From positions 46,872,001 to 46,936,000 of the forward strand of contig OX597832.1 of NCBI GenBank assembly GCA_951406725.2: a DNA stretch of 64,000 nt, read 5' to 3'. Of this stretch, positions 1 to 15,316 are shown piece after piece. Position numbers and translations under genes: made by a program. Position 1 is the first letter of the stretch; each line of letters opens with the position of its first letter. The DNA comes from Octopus vulgaris (lineage: Eukaryota). Under the pieces are notes generated by a model, which ran no database searches, was not told where the DNA came from, and worked only from the letters and a program-made list of their open reading frames with translations.

Positions 1-168
1 TCACCGTCAGTGTTGTTTTATATCGCTTGTATTCTCCTGAACCTGCATACTTACATTTTTCAGTAAAATAATATGTCGGTTAGATGTCGTATTTGCCGCA
101 AAGTTTTCCATTCACATTAAACGTAAAGTTTGCATTTAATACCTCATTTCCCTTTCATACTCATCACC

Positions 169-175
169 ATTATTA

Positions 176-222
<47 letters not shown>
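169..222. repeat. (ATT)n microsatellite
   Basis: Direct trinucleotide run. Confidence 0.95.
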
Positions 223-419
223 GGTTACATCCTGCTGCTCGGAGGGAAAATGGAGACAATTTCGGGTTTTTTTTAATGAGAAAATGTCAAATGTTAGAGA
301 TAAAATGTCAAAGAAGCGAGTCTGTATCATCCTGCTTGCCTTTCTCTACAATTTCTTTCTCTCTTTCTTTCCTTTCCTCACTTCTACATAATTATATTCC
401 ATGATTTTTTGCGCGAAAG

Positions 420-658
420 TGTATGCGTATATGTGTTTGTGTGTGTGTGTGTGTGCATGTATATGTATGTACAAATATACATGCACGCACACACGCACAT
501 ACACATGATTATATATATATACATATACGTACACTCACACACATACACATATATATATATACATATATATACACACATATATATATACACACATATATAT
601 ATATACACACAGACATATATATACATATATATACATATATATATATACACATACACAC

Positions 659-730
<72 letters not shown>
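420..730. repeat. Compound (TG)n/(CA)n/(TA)n microsatellite
   Basis: Dinucleotide runs; source of the YIYI/VCVC ORFs. Confidence 0.95.
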
Positions 731-1266
731 ACGGTATTAAATAATAGAGCAACAAGTGAAAGCAGACGAAACGGAAAATAACAATTGCTGGAATAAGAAT
801 GACAAAGCCTCTCACTCTTACGCCACCACCATTACCACCACCACCACCACCACCAGAAGCACTCGACACCGAAATGAAAAGAAAAAAACAAAAAACATTG
901 TGTTTGAGCATCAATAACTAACATCCAAAATCAAAACAAAATTAAGTGATATTTGATGATACTAAAATAATTTTGCCAAAGTAGAACAACGGAATAATTT
1001 ATATCTGATTCACGAAAGGGAAATGTTAAAATGACCCGGGTTAATGTTATAAAGAATGTCTGATTTGAAGAGGGAACGTATATGCAATGTCGGTGTGATA
1101 TTTTATCGTTATTTCTGGTAACATATAGGCACATATAGGTGCAGACGTGGTTGCATGCTTGTGAAGAACGCTTCGAGGCCACGTGACTTCTGTTGCAGCT
1201 CCGCTGTGTAGCACTTCCGATGAGGTTTTTTTTCTTTCTTTTCACTTCTCTTCTATAACCTGGAAG

Positions 1267-1653
1267 AGGAGGCGCAATGGCCCAGTGGTTAAGTCAGCGG
1301 ACTCGCGGTCATAGGATCGCGGTTTCGATTCCCAGACAGGGCGTTGTGGGTGTTTTTTGAGCGAAAACACCTAAAGCTCCATGAGGCTCCGGCAGGGGAT
1401 GGTGGTGATCCCTGCTGTACTCTTTCACAACTTTCTCTCACTCTTACTTCCTGTTTCTGATGTACCTGTATTTTCAAAGGGCCGGGGCCTTGTCACTCTC
1501 TGTGTCACGCTGAATATCCCCGAGAACTACGTTAAGGGTACACGTGTCTGTGGAGTGCTCAGCCACTTACACGTTAATTTCACGAGCAGGCTGTTCCGTT
1601 GATTCGGATGAACCGGAACCCTCGTCGTCGTAACCGACGGAGTGCTTCCATCC
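1267..1653 (+). mobile_element. tRNA-derived SINE, group A, tail type 1, full length
   Basis: A box TGGCCCAGTGG, B box GTTTCGATTCC; ends TCCATCCA; 12-bp TSD ATAACCTGGAAG at 1255-1266 and 1654-1665. Confidence 0.9.
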
Positions 1654-1902
1654 ATAACCTGGAAGGTAACAGTCATTGCTTTAGGAGTGCGTTTGTTAGA
1701 AGAAAACTGTGCAGAATCCTTTCGAGGTTGTACCCCAACATATTTGGAGCCCGATGACTAAAGCAAGTAAACGAAACATCGTTGTTCACATTCAAGTGAT
1801 GTTCCGGTGTTCTGTAATGTTTCTCCTGCTCATATTATCATGATATATATCTATGAAATTATATATTTATATTATATTGTTTTGGTCATTGCTTCATCAT
1901 AT

Positions 1903-1990
1903 ATATTTCTTTACTACCCACAAGGGGCTAAACATAGAGGGGACAAACAAGGACAGACAAACGGATTAAGTCGATTACATCGAACCCAAT
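1903..1990 (-). mobile_element. SINE group B, 3' fragment
   Basis: Reverse complement matches the 3' end of the 13868-14091 copy. Confidence 0.85.
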
Positions 1991-2074
1991 GAATGTGTAT
2001 GTTTATGTATATATAACTGTCTGCCAGTAAGTCGGTCTGTCAATCAATCTATCTATCTAATCATATATATTAGG

Positions 2075-2830
<756 letters not shown>

Positions 2831-3044
2831 CATAGAGATGTTCACAGGTATGTGCGTGTATACCTGTAAGTGCAAACATCATATTTATGTCAAGTGTCTG
2901 TTTTGCTTGCAGATATTTTTTAAAAGAAAGTAAATCTATGCGATTCAGAATTAAAAAATTTCGCCTAAATCGATGAGTAATCATGCAAAATATGTGCTGT
3001 AACTACATTAAACTGATCATCGGCATCAAAATCCCATGTTGATG

Positions 3045-3069
3045 TTTATTATTATTATTATTATTATTA

Positions 3070-3103
<34 letters not shown>

Positions 3104-3195
3104 TGCTGCTGATGATAATAATAATAATAATAATAATAATGATAATAATAATAATGATAATAATAATAATAATAATAATAATGATGATAATAATG

Positions 3196-3226
<31 letters not shown>

Positions 3227-3565
3227 TAATAATAATAATGGTAATAATGAGGATAATAATGATGATGATGATGATGATGATGATTATAATAATAATGATG
3301 ATAATAATAATAATAATAATGATAAGAAGAAGAAGATGAAGGAGGAGGAAGAGTAGGAGATGGAGAAGAAGAAGAAGAAGAAGAAGAAGAAGAAGAAGAA
3401 GAAGAAGAAGAGGTGGATGAGGAAGAAGAAGAAGAAGAAGAAGAAGAAGAAGAAGAAGGAGAAGAAGAAGACCGGTTTATAATTTTAGAAACTATTAACA
3501 ATAATAAAAATCATAGATGTTATCCTCCCTACCTCCTCCTCATCATCATCATCATCGTCATCATC
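3045..3565. repeat. Compound trinucleotide tract (ATT/AAT/GAT/GAA/CAT)
   Basis: Direct runs. Confidence 0.95.
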
Positions 3566-3694
3566 ATGATCACCACAATTTTGTTTTACAGAAATTTCGC
3601 ATTAGCTCATTTTCACTATTTCATTAATTCCAAATTAGTTCATTTCAACAATTTAATTACATTACATTGAAGCATCTGAATCTCAAATAACCGT

Positions 3695-3698
3695 AATG

Positions 3699-3776
<78 letters not shown>

Positions 3777-3820
3777 GCAACAACAACAACAGCAACAGCA
3801 AAAACAACAATTATTATTAA

Positions 3821-3880
<60 letters not shown>

Positions 3881-3958
3881 CATTATTAATATAATTATCA
3901 TTATTAATATTATTATTATCATTATTATTATTGTTTTTATTAATATTATTATTATTAA

Positions 3959-4009
<51 letters not shown>

Positions 4010-4160
4010 CATTATTAATATAATTATCATTATTAATATTATTATTATCATTATTATTATTGTTTTTATTAATATTATTATTATTAATATTATTATTATT
4101 ATTATTATTATTATTATCATTATTGATATAATTATTATCATTATTAATATTATTATTATT
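3695..4160. repeat. (AAT)n/(ATT)n tract with higher-order ~120-bp tandem duplication
   Basis: Block TTATCATTATTAATATAATTATC...TTGTTTTTATTAATA recurs. Confidence 0.85.
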
Positions 4161-4619
4161 AAAACCGAAGGCAAAAAGGAGATGGAACTTACTTGGAGAT
4201 TCATTATAGCCTCTTCTCTTTTGCTTAGCTCAGCTTCCGTTAATAATTCAGTTAAAGCAAATAACAAATGACTATGAAATGTACGAATGAAGTATAGAGA
4301 CCCTACTATATGCGCGCGCGTACGTTGTGTGTGCGTGTGCGTATGCGTGTGCGTGTGCGTATGCGTGTGCGTGTATATGTTTTGGTGTTTGTTTTTAGGT
4401 TCAGTTATAATAAAAAAAACACTTTTACATTAATCTGAAGGGTTCTGCCATACTTTCGTAGAGGACAAATTTATGATTCTTTAACAAGAAAAGCATTCAC
4501 TTCAAAGTTCCAGGTAGCTAAGTCATCATTTGACACTCTGTCGATTCTCGTTAAAGAATAACACACATGCACATATATATATCAGTAGAAACGCGCGTAG
4601 TGATGCATTATATGATTAT

Positions 4620-4831
4620 ATATTTCTTTATTGCCCACAAGGGGCTAAACATAGAGGGGACAAACAAGTAGAGACAAAGGAATTAAGTCGATTAGATCGA
4701 CCCCAGTGCGAAAGTGGTACTTTATTTATCGACCCCGAAAGGATGAAAGACAAAGTCGACCTCGGCGGAATTTGAAATCAGGACGTAAAGACAGACGAAA
4801 TACCGCTAAGCATTTCGCCCAGCGTGCTAAC
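4620..4831 (-). mobile_element. SINE group B, near full length
   Basis: Reverse complement of group B (GTCGACTTTG-CTTTCATCCTTTCGGGGTCGAT body). Confidence 0.9.
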
Positions 4832-5002
4832 TATTATTGTTATTATTGCTATATCTATCCTACATTATATCGATACAGTTCGATACAACCACCGAAAACT
4901 GGTTCACCGGCCAGTATCTGTAGGCTGTGGCCGGCATAAATGAATAGTAACTTTATTTGGATATTCAAAACGTTTCCAGTAAACAAATTTAATTTAAATT
5001 AT

Positions 5003-5282
<280 letters not shown>

Positions 5283-5717
5283 TATATATATATACATGCA
5301 TACATACATATACATATACATATACATATAGACAGTAGTTATATGTGCACTAGTTGTCCCTCTTTTAACTACTCACTGCAAGTTAATAATAGGGACCTTA
5401 GAAGGAATTGAATTGCTTTGATGAAAATAGCAGGACACTACTAAAAGCACTTCGATTCCATTGCCTCAAACCTAATATAAATGGAATATACTTAAACAGC
5501 ACCATTAGTGACAGGGGTGGTCGGTTATAAATAGAAGACGAGTACAATGTAACAACAGTAGGACTAAAAAATTACTAAAGTGAAAGTAAGATGAATTAAT
5601 GTAATAAGGATACTTGATGAAAAGAAAAAAATTCTGCATGGATATATATATATATATACAAACACGTATACGCAAATGCATACGTACATACATACATGCA
5701 TACATACATACGTTCAT

Positions 5718-5768
<51 letters not shown>

Positions 5769-6001
5769 AACAATAAGAAAATACCAACTGAAACAAGTTC
5801 TGCTGAAGGTAAAGATTTACATAAAGTAAAATCGATAAAAAATATTTTTTAAAAGCGTTAAGGCAGAAACAAATGGCTAAATTTCAAAAGGGACTCAGAA
5901 AGATGGTAAAACATTAACATACATATATATCTGTGTGTGTGTGTGTGTTTGTGTGTGTATAACCACCGTGGTTGTATACATATACATAGATACATACATA
6001 G

Positions 6002-6064
<63 letters not shown>

Positions 6065-6074
6065 TATATAACTA

Positions 6075-6278
6075 CACAAGGACTGTTGGCGATTTTTTTT
6101 CCTGCTTCTTCCTTTCTTTTGGACTTTCCTATGCCTCCTGTTTCCGAAGAAGAGTTTAACTCGAAAAGTAAAACCACCACCCTTCGTTTCCTTCTCTGAG
6201 CATTTTATTGATACTTTGTATGTACCATGTCCTCGCGTTGATATTTCTTGTCATTTTTTCTCCGTTTTTTCATTAATC
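6075..6278 (+). mobile_element. Short (TA)n-embedded element, family E, hammerhead-like motif at 6140-6174
   Basis: GUUU-CCGAAGA-A-GAGU-UUA-ACUC-GAA-AAGU-A-AAAC; homologous to 14220-14422 and 46335-46472. Confidence 0.7.
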
Positions 6279-7086
6279 ATATATATATATATTCACAGTG
6301 GTTAATACTCATTAAATCCTAACGCCTTATCATTGCAATCAGTGAAAAAAAAAAAAAATTCTTGCCACTATATAACAATCAACTAGAAAGTTCTTTTAGA
6401 ATAAAAAGCAGAAAGCATAAATTTCAGGAACAGTTCATTATTTTAATTACGTTGAACAGACGTTTCTTAAGAAAGAAATATTTTTAATCACATAGTTACG
6501 TAATTAAGAAACGAAATACATTAAATGAGCTAAATCAGTTGAAAATCATGATCATCAGGGATATTTGGAGTCTATAATATTTTATTTTTTTATTTTTATA
6601 TATATACTTGATAGTGTTTGTTTTAGTATCCGTCAAAGAAATCTACTCACAATGAATGTCTGACATTATGAAACGTTTTTGATATTTTTCTCCTTCATGT
6701 TCTGAATATTCTGTTCCAAACAAGATATTTAACTTAGACATGACGTCACAAATTTTGGTGTATATAAGCGTATGTAAATTACCAAACAGACTGACAAGTG
6801 ATTTAAGATAAAAATGAAAACCACAAAGGTGTTTTATCTTTCAATAAATCTGTGTATAACCTCTAGTATTACTTGGAATACCTGCAATTGATTGGGATGT
6901 CTTGATAAAAAAACATCACGTCTTGCAATGTAACTACTTCTAATTGGCCAACAAATGTTCTAAGATATAACAATAAATGAAAAGAGACGTGTTTAAAGTT
7001 TCAAATATAATAATATGAGAACTGAATATTAAAGCGCCTCAAGAATATTACATAAAATATGTCTTAAAACATTACATTTATAGCAT

Positions 7087-7130
<44 letters not shown>

Positions 7131-7387
7131 GCATGCATATATGTGTGCAGACATACCTACACGCGCGCACACACATACATACAAACATACATACATACGT
7201 TGATGAAAAAGTGTACACCTATGTTGAACTATTGAGAAATTAAGCTTTTCAAAACCAGAAAGGAGACAGCTAATTCGAAAACAACAGATCCGGTCCGTCA
7301 CTGGAACTGTAAAAATCTGTGAAACTTTCCAGAGGTTTATCATTTAAATATGTCTGAGCATGTCTAGATATACATCTATGTGCATAC

Positions 7388-7483
7388 TACATACATACAT
7401 ACATACATACATACATACATACATACACACATACATACATACATACATACATACATACATACATACATACATACATACATACA

Positions 7484-7517
<34 letters not shown>

Positions 7518-7522
7518 CATAC
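7388..7522. repeat. (CATA)n microsatellite
   Basis: Direct run. Confidence 0.95.
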
Positions 7523-7936
7523 GTACACGTATAGTGATTTATTGAAACTGAGGAACATCACAAACTGTTATTCAAAGTTTCAAAATGTTGTATAAATCTT
7601 AGATAACTGACTTTCCAGTTTGAGTCACGACATCACTCAACATCCCGTTAATAATTATAAGATTTTGATCATATCAGTGAATATTAAATGCACTTCCTAA
7701 CCAGGCATAGCTAGATAGATAGACAGTCAGACAGACGGAGAGCAGACAGACAGACATACAGATAGATAGATAGATATATACATACATACATACATACATA
7801 CATACATACATACATACATACATACATAAATATATATATCGATAGAGATAAAGTGGGAGAGTTACATAGACAGATAAATATACGTATTCTTATTTATACA
7901 TATGTACATATTTATATATATATATATATATATGTG

Positions 7937-7980
<44 letters not shown>

Positions 7981-8070
7981 TACAGAGAGATTTATACATA
8001 TACTTTTATATATACTCACACTTATATGGATATATATATAAAAATAGACGTATATATAGATAGATAAAAT

Positions 8071-8105
<35 letters not shown>

Positions 8106-8555
8106 TATGTGGGCGTGTTTGTGCGTGTGGGTGTGTGTAGGTGCAGTTAATCATATGCTTAAAAGGAACATTTTTAAAAAAAACACGTAAAAACGAAAAC
8201 CATAAACAACAATGTAAATAAATTACCAAACCACAAGACTTAGATAAAAAGATAAATTGATAAACAAACAGATAAACAAGCAAATAAAAATAAATAAATA
8301 GATAAATAAATAAATAAATAATGTGACTGTCACATCTGACATTTCTGCAGTAGGCTTGGCAGATCAGTTGAAATTGGAGGCCGCCTGAGATAGGAGTATT
8401 GTATTCTCCGAGTGTTTGTGACTTGTTGCAAACAGATATTATTATTATTATTATTATTATTATTATCATTTGGGCAACAGACACATATTCGAGAAGTTGT
8501 CATTTTAACGAGAGGATAATGAAGTAATAGTGAGCATACGAGCTTGCGCAAATGT

Positions 8556-8686
8556 TGAGAGAGAGAAACATGGAGCAAGCGAGAGAGAGGGAGAGAGAGA
8601 GAGAGAAGCATGGAGCGAGCGAGAGAGAGATAGAGAAACATGGAGCGAGCGAGCGAGAGAGAGAGAGAGAGAAGCAAGGAGCGAGC

Positions 8687-8719
<33 letters not shown>

Positions 8720-8725
8720 GCATGG

Positions 8726-8770
<45 letters not shown>

Positions 8771-9072
8771 CAAGGAGCGAGCGAGAGAGAGAGAGAGAGC
8801 ATGGAGCGAGCTAGAGAGAGAGAGAGAGAGAGAGAAGCATGGAGCGAGCGAGAGAGAGAGAGAGAGCATGGAGCGAGCGAGAGAGAGAGAGAGAGAGAGA
8901 GAGAAGCATGGAGCGAGGGAGAGAGAGAGAGAGAGAGAGAGAAGCATGGAGCGAGCGAGAGAGAGAGAAGCATGGAGTGAGCGAGAGAGAGAGAGAGAGA
9001 GAGAGAAGCATGGAGCGAGCGAGAGAGAGTGAGAGTGAGAGAGTCAGAGAGAGAGAGAGAGAGAGAGAAGCT
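8556..9072. repeat. Minisatellite: (GA)n spacer plus AGCATGGAGCGAGC unit
   Basis: More than 10 copies of (A)GCA(T/A)GGAGCGA separated by variable GA runs. Confidence 0.9.
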
Positions 9073-9210
9073 GTACATCAAAGGACATTGTTGTTCTCAT
9101 TCCATGGTCAGCGCATGTTTCTAAAACAGACACAAGGCTAAAAACTTTAAAGGTGAATAGATACAATGCGTGCTCAATATAGCAATAATTCTGAATAATA
9201 AACTACACGT

Positions 9211-9530
9211 AGAGGCGCAATGGTCCAGTGGTTAGGGCAGCGGACTCGCGATCAGAGGATCTCGGTTTCGATTCCCAGACCGAGTGTTGTGTGTTTTTAT
9301 TGAGCGAAAACACCTAAAAGCTCCACGAGGCTCCGACAGTGGGTGGTGGCGACCCCTGTTGTACTCTTTCGCCCCAACTTCCTCTCTCACTTTCTCTCTC
9401 TCACTTCCTGTTTCTTGAGTAACGCTGCGATAGACTGGCGATCCGTCCAGCTGGGGGGAACACATACGCCACAGAAACAGGGAAACGGGGCCCATGAGCC
9501 TGGCTAGGCTTGAAAAGGGCGAGAAAAAAA
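9211..9530 (+). mobile_element. SINE group A, tail type 2
   Basis: Same head and body as the 1267 copy; tail GCGATAGACTGGCG...CCCATGAGCCTGGCTAGGCTTGAAAAGGGCG plus A-rich end. Confidence 0.9.
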
Positions 9531-9627
9531 ATACACAAGTGAAAATACGACCTAAAAAATAAATCAAGGCTAACAGCCGAAAGTTCCTACAAGATGTACT
9601 TCACAAATTGTGCTCCCTTGTGCTTGA

Positions 9628-9830
9628 AGGCAGCTGGTCTAATTGTTAGGGTGTTGCTCTCACCATCACACAATCGTAGATTAGACTTGCAGACCGAGCC
9701 TTGAGTACTTGTGTGAAACATTTCATTTGCTGTGGCTAAAGTCCTCTCAGCTGTAAATGAGAAGGATCGGTGTTGTGATCTTGGTCACTTACACGAAATG
9801 GAAACCGGGTAACCAGCCCTAAAAACTCTA
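9628..9830 (+). mobile_element. Highly diverged CORE-like SINE remnant
   Basis: Residual tRNA-like head and CTCAGCTGTAAATGAG motif, similar to 51025-51260. Confidence 0.45.
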
Positions 9831-10305
9831 TGACAAAACAGTAATTTCACGAAAGAATGAAATGCAAAGTTGATCTTGATGAGAATTGAAACCGAAACGC
9901 AAGAAAACATAACACGAGGCATTTCATCCAACAGACTAACACCGCTAACAATCCATTACTCCTCCATTGTCAATAATACAATTTCCTGTAAGACATTGGA
10001 AATATATTCTATAACGTAGGTGTTAAGTTTCTGGCCGACCGAAACGTGCAATCCAAATTCGATTTCCGGTTGCATCTATTCCACTTATATCATCAATTCT
10101 GAGAATGACATTGTGACCGTATGATTATTTTTTACCGCACTGTAGACAGTACAATTGATCAGCGATTGATATATGTATGTCTAATAATCAATCAGTCAAT
10201 CAATCAATTTATCTATTCATCTATCTGTCAATCTATCTGTGTATTTAAAAGTATGTATCTGTGTGTGTTTATATCTATGTATATATGTGTATGTGTGTGT
10301 AGACA

Positions 10306-10377
<72 letters not shown>

Positions 10378-11770
10378 ATATATATATATATGCATATACA
10401 TATGTATCGATGTGTGGATGTATGTACGTGTGTAACCCTTTGTGTGGATACATGTGTGCGTGCTTGTATTTGTGTATGTGTGTATGTGTGTGTATGTGTG
10501 TGCGTGATTACAATCTTCCTATATTACTTCATCTACCACAATTAATGCCATGGGCTGAGTCTCATACCAAAGTGCGATTATATGTGACACAAACTTAGTA
10601 GATTTTTAAAAAAACAATCACATAACTCATATTTCATAAAGGAGTATATGTCCCTTGAACCGATTCAAACTGTTGTATCCCCCGGATACACATGAGTTAA
10701 AATTGTAACAAAAAAAAAAAAAGCTAAAAGAAATGCGGTACACGTTCAGGAAGACAAGCATAAAGAGTATGTTGTTTGCTCTATTGTGCTTCAAGATATT
10801 CTATACATAACCCGAAAATGTCAAACAGATTATAACAACAATGCTTATTCTATAAAGCAATAACCAGAACAATAAACTACATACACTTAAGTCAGACATT
10901 TCTACAAGAAGTACTTCATAAAATGGTTCTCCATTAATATCTCTTAAAATTTTGTAACCAATAATCTGCATAATAATGTAATTTATATCGAACAGTCCTC
11001 CTCGTTACCAACAAAGTTGCCATACTAGTCTTGTTTGCAAAGACAAAACGTTCCAACTCTCTACTCTTACACAAAAGTTATTGCTGAATGACGTCAAAAT
11101 CATTACTATTATACCATGGCCATTTATTCTTTTGCTGGTCTGAATAATTCCACTGTGGTCATGTTAGTGCACCGCCTCAAAGGTGAGTTATGGTCGATCC
11201 TATAGTCTATTTTACAAACTGCTGACTGATTGATCAATCTCCTTTAATCTACTGAAAGTAACAGGATGCAACACGTACATACACACGCACACGGATAATA
11301 TGTATATACTTTATATATAATTGAAAAAGATGGAGTCAACAAGAAGGAAGACGGTTGGACATTTATTTTTTAATCACTACAATTGTTTCCGCGCAATGTA
11401 GTTCTCCGGGTGTGCAGCTACTTGATTATGCAGCTGTTATATGATGGGTTCTGCAGATAGACCGAACAGGATTCTAATCTAAAATCAAAAGACAGTGTAG
11501 ATGTTCTCAATTAGGTTCGAAAGGAGAAGCGACGTGCCAAAGGGTAGAGAGAGATTTACGAGATAATTTAGAAAAATACGAAATGTATGTGATACGACAT
11601 TGCTACGCTAAAACATAATACTAATAATAATGATTAGTAAAATATTTAGAGCCGGCGACAATACAAATACTTCATAATCTGTGACAAGACCTTTAGTGGA
11701 GAGAGTGCTTTTCTTAGCTTTTTCTAAGTTAAACCTTTCCTTAATTCACCAACTATTTTGTGTTCAACAA

Positions 11771-11833
<63 letters not shown>

Positions 11834-11968
11834 GTTTATTTTCACCAGAATTTACTAATTATAATTAAAATATGATTCTTGTGAAGCGAAGGTTATTTTA
11901 TCACATAAATGTGTAAACATGCGCAGACAAATGCATTGTCAAAAATTTACAAACATATATATATATAT

Positions 11969-12011
<43 letters not shown>

Positions 12012-12218
12012 CACATACAGACGCACATATATAATCAGATACAAAGTTTAAACCTTTAAACTAATCATTATTTATCTTGTTTCTTTCTCGTGGTAAATGC
12101 CACTTTATAAGGATGACAGCAGTACTTTCATTTGATTCTATGTGTATTAGGATACCAAAAGAGTAATCCGTGATCTGTAGAATGCCATTTGATTGCAGAA
12201 CATTTTAGCAACATAATA

Positions 12219-12350
<132 letters not shown>

Positions 12351-12885
12351 ATTACGGGATATCACGTATGTGTGATGCAATGTTACAGAATTACATTCCA
12401 CTGGGACTTCAAGTTTCCTGACAGGTTATTTGAACGGAGCAATTGGATAAGATGTCAGGCGAAACATGACACCTCAGCTAAAATGAAATTTTCAATAAAT
12501 TTTAGTCTATTTTCGGCTTTGTGCATACGGCATTGGTATATGATCTGTTATTATACATACAAAAAAAAATCTTTGAAAATAAACCCAAATTTACATGTAT
12601 GCTCCCACATGTAAATGTTCTGCAATCACATGGATTCTGCAAAATTGTCGGAGAAGTGTTACTCAGAGTTTCACTTTCTCGTTCGGCGGACAGTTGTGAT
12701 AAATACTGAATTAAGCTTCATAGTTTCTCATCACAACTGGTTGACGAACTGACATGTGAAAGTCTGAGGAACAGTTCTGAGATAAACTTGCAGATTTAAT
12801 CAAAAGTTAATTACTTTGCCATTCGCATTCGTGTACTATTCTTTCCACATAGTTTTGCACTGGCGTTCATCTGTATATATATATA

Positions 12886-12947
<62 letters not shown>

Positions 12948-13072
12948 CATGTATATATATATGTATATAAATATGTATATACATACATATATATATGTAT
13001 ATATATATACATGTATATATATGTATATATATATATATATATTATACACATATATATATGTATGTATATACA

Positions 13073-13126
<54 letters not shown>

Positions 13127-13132
13127 CAAGTG

Positions 13133-13163
<31 letters not shown>

Positions 13164-13867
13164 CCCTTCGCAGTCATGATATTCCGAATTTAATCTCTGT
13201 GCATTGCATCTTGGGGAAGTGTCGTACTTAACTTTATATGCCCATACTTTAAGCGAAAATGGATAGATGGAAACTGCAGAGAATCCCGCCGAAGGGATTT
13301 TACCAGTAATTATCATAGATCCTGTGTTGTTACACTGCATCACGCTAATTCCACCTAAGAATTACATTAAGTTAACACCTGTCTACATTAGGTGGATACT
13401 TCAGTCAGCATTTGTGCGCATATACACTAACAAGCAATAGGGTTGAGAACATTTCTTCGTCCGCAGAAAATCGTCGGCATAATCCGAAAATCTGAGAAAT
13501 GTTTTCCTCAATCGCACAGTATTATGTATCGAATAAAAGAATTAAGCATTAGTATCAAATTTATTCTTGCGTCACGAGTGTTTCGTCAACACACGGTTAT
13601 ACAGTTCGCTTAACATGGTGGAATCTACGTTAAATGTTCTCTACAGTGTTAAACTATGTGTATAACCCATCAGCTATCAAAAGGCTTGTAATCTATTAAT
13701 GAATGTAACATCAATACCTCTCTTGATCAAATTGAATGTATACAGGATCACTAGCACGAAACAGGTCGGTCTGGTTAATATGCCATATGCTAGAAGATGG
13801 TAGGGGTTGCTTGTTTAAACACTGTAGTAACGTCGAATTACCATCTCGGTATTGTTACCATTTTCAA

Positions 13868-14091
13868 GGCGGAGAGCTGGCAGAAACGTTAGCATGCCGG
13901 GCGAAATGCTTAGCGGTATTTCGTCTGCCGCGACGTTCTGAGTTCAAATTCTGCCGAGGTCGACTTTGCCTTTCATCCTTTCGGGGTCGATTAAATAAGT
14001 ACCAGTTACGCACTGGGGTCGATATAATCGACTTAATTCGTTTGTCTGTCCTTGTTTGTCCTCTCTGTGTTTAGCCCCTTGTGGGTAGTAA
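13868..14091 (+). mobile_element. SINE group B (tRNA head, Meta-domain-like body), full length
   Basis: B box GAGTTCAAATTC; body GTCGACTTTGCCTTTCATCCTTTCGGGGTCGATTAAATAAGTACCAG; flanked by 40-bp direct repeat 13824-13863 / 14085-14124. Confidence 0.92.
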
Positions 14092-14175
14092 CGTCGAATT
14101 ACCATCTCGGTATAGTTACCATTTACATCTCTAACCGCTTTCGTCTAAATAACCACTTTGCTTATGCATACAAAC

Positions 14176-14210
<35 letters not shown>

Positions 14211-14219
14211 CAAAATGTG

Positions 14220-14422
14220 ACCTCGTGTGTACCGTTGGCGATTTTTTTCCTCTGCCTTCCCTTCTCTGGATATTTCCTTCTCCTATGTTTCCGACGACGA
14301 GCTCCGCTCGAAACTTTAGGCCCTCCTTCTTTCCTTCTTTCCTGAGCGTCCAATAATACTATATTTGTTCCACGTTCTCGCGTTGTTGTGATTTTTTTGT
14401 GCTTTCTTGTTTGGATTAACTT
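14220..14422 (+). mobile_element. Family E element, hammerhead-like motif at 14287-14321
   Basis: GUUU-CCGACGA-C-GAGC-UCC-GCUC-GAA-ACUU; (TA)n on both sides. Confidence 0.7.
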
Positions 14423-14699
14423 TATATATATATATCACCTTTTTGAACAAAGAGCCTTGGGGCGAACAAAATGTAGGTCGTCGTGTCAAAATGGCGTAAC
14501 ACTTTATGCTTCAAGAAGATTAAAAGGTCAGTGGGTGCAAGGCAAGTGAGAAAAATGGCTGTAAGTGTACCGCCTACTGACCCATAAAACATTCTACATA
14601 AACTTTATGACTGACAACAAAACTGTAGGTTGTCCGATCGTCATACGGCGAATTGTATACATAAATATATACATACGCACACACACACACATATACGTA

Positions 14700-14766
<67 letters not shown>

Positions 14767-14775
14767 GTATTTATG

Positions 14776-14825
<50 letters not shown>

Positions 14826-14915
14826 TATATAATTCGAGACAAAACCACTATTTTAAAACCAAACAAGGAAAGACTTAATCAATACATAAAATTTTAATAT
14901 AAATTAAATAAACCG

Positions 14916-14959
14916 CCACTACAATTGTTTCATGTCTGCTACCGACAATCTTCAGGTGG
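14916..14959 (-). ncRNA. Type I hammerhead ribozyme motif with palindromic stem III
   Basis: Minus strand: CCAC-CUGAAGA-U-UGUC-GGUAGCA-GACA-U-GAA-ACAAUUGU-A-GUGG; lies in a (TA)n-flanked element at about 14830-14990. Confidence 0.8.
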
Positions 14960-15189
14960 ATTTTCGATAAAAATATCAATATTTTAAAATATATATATAT
15001 ATATATTATATATATATATAAAATATATATAGGGTAGCGAATATTTTTAGAAATTTCTCCACCAGTGGTCTAGCATGTATAAAAAGTCAATAGACAACAT
15101 ATTCTCAATATAAAATATAAAATATAGAATACACTATTTTATATTGAGTATGTGTATGTATGTAAGTATATATACATATATATCTATAA

Positions 15190-15316
<127 letters not shown>

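Noticed and set aside
1271-1345. tRNA gene
   Set aside because: A and B boxes are present, but there is no complete cloverleaf and it continues into a SINE body; the same holds for the other SINE heads
8556-9072. CRISPR-like repeat-spacer array
   Set aside because: Spacers are only (GA)n, the context is eukaryotic, and there are no cas genes
11370-11400. Hammerhead on the minus strand
   Set aside because: Only the GAA-ACAAUUGU-A half is visible; no matching CUGANGA core and stem I found
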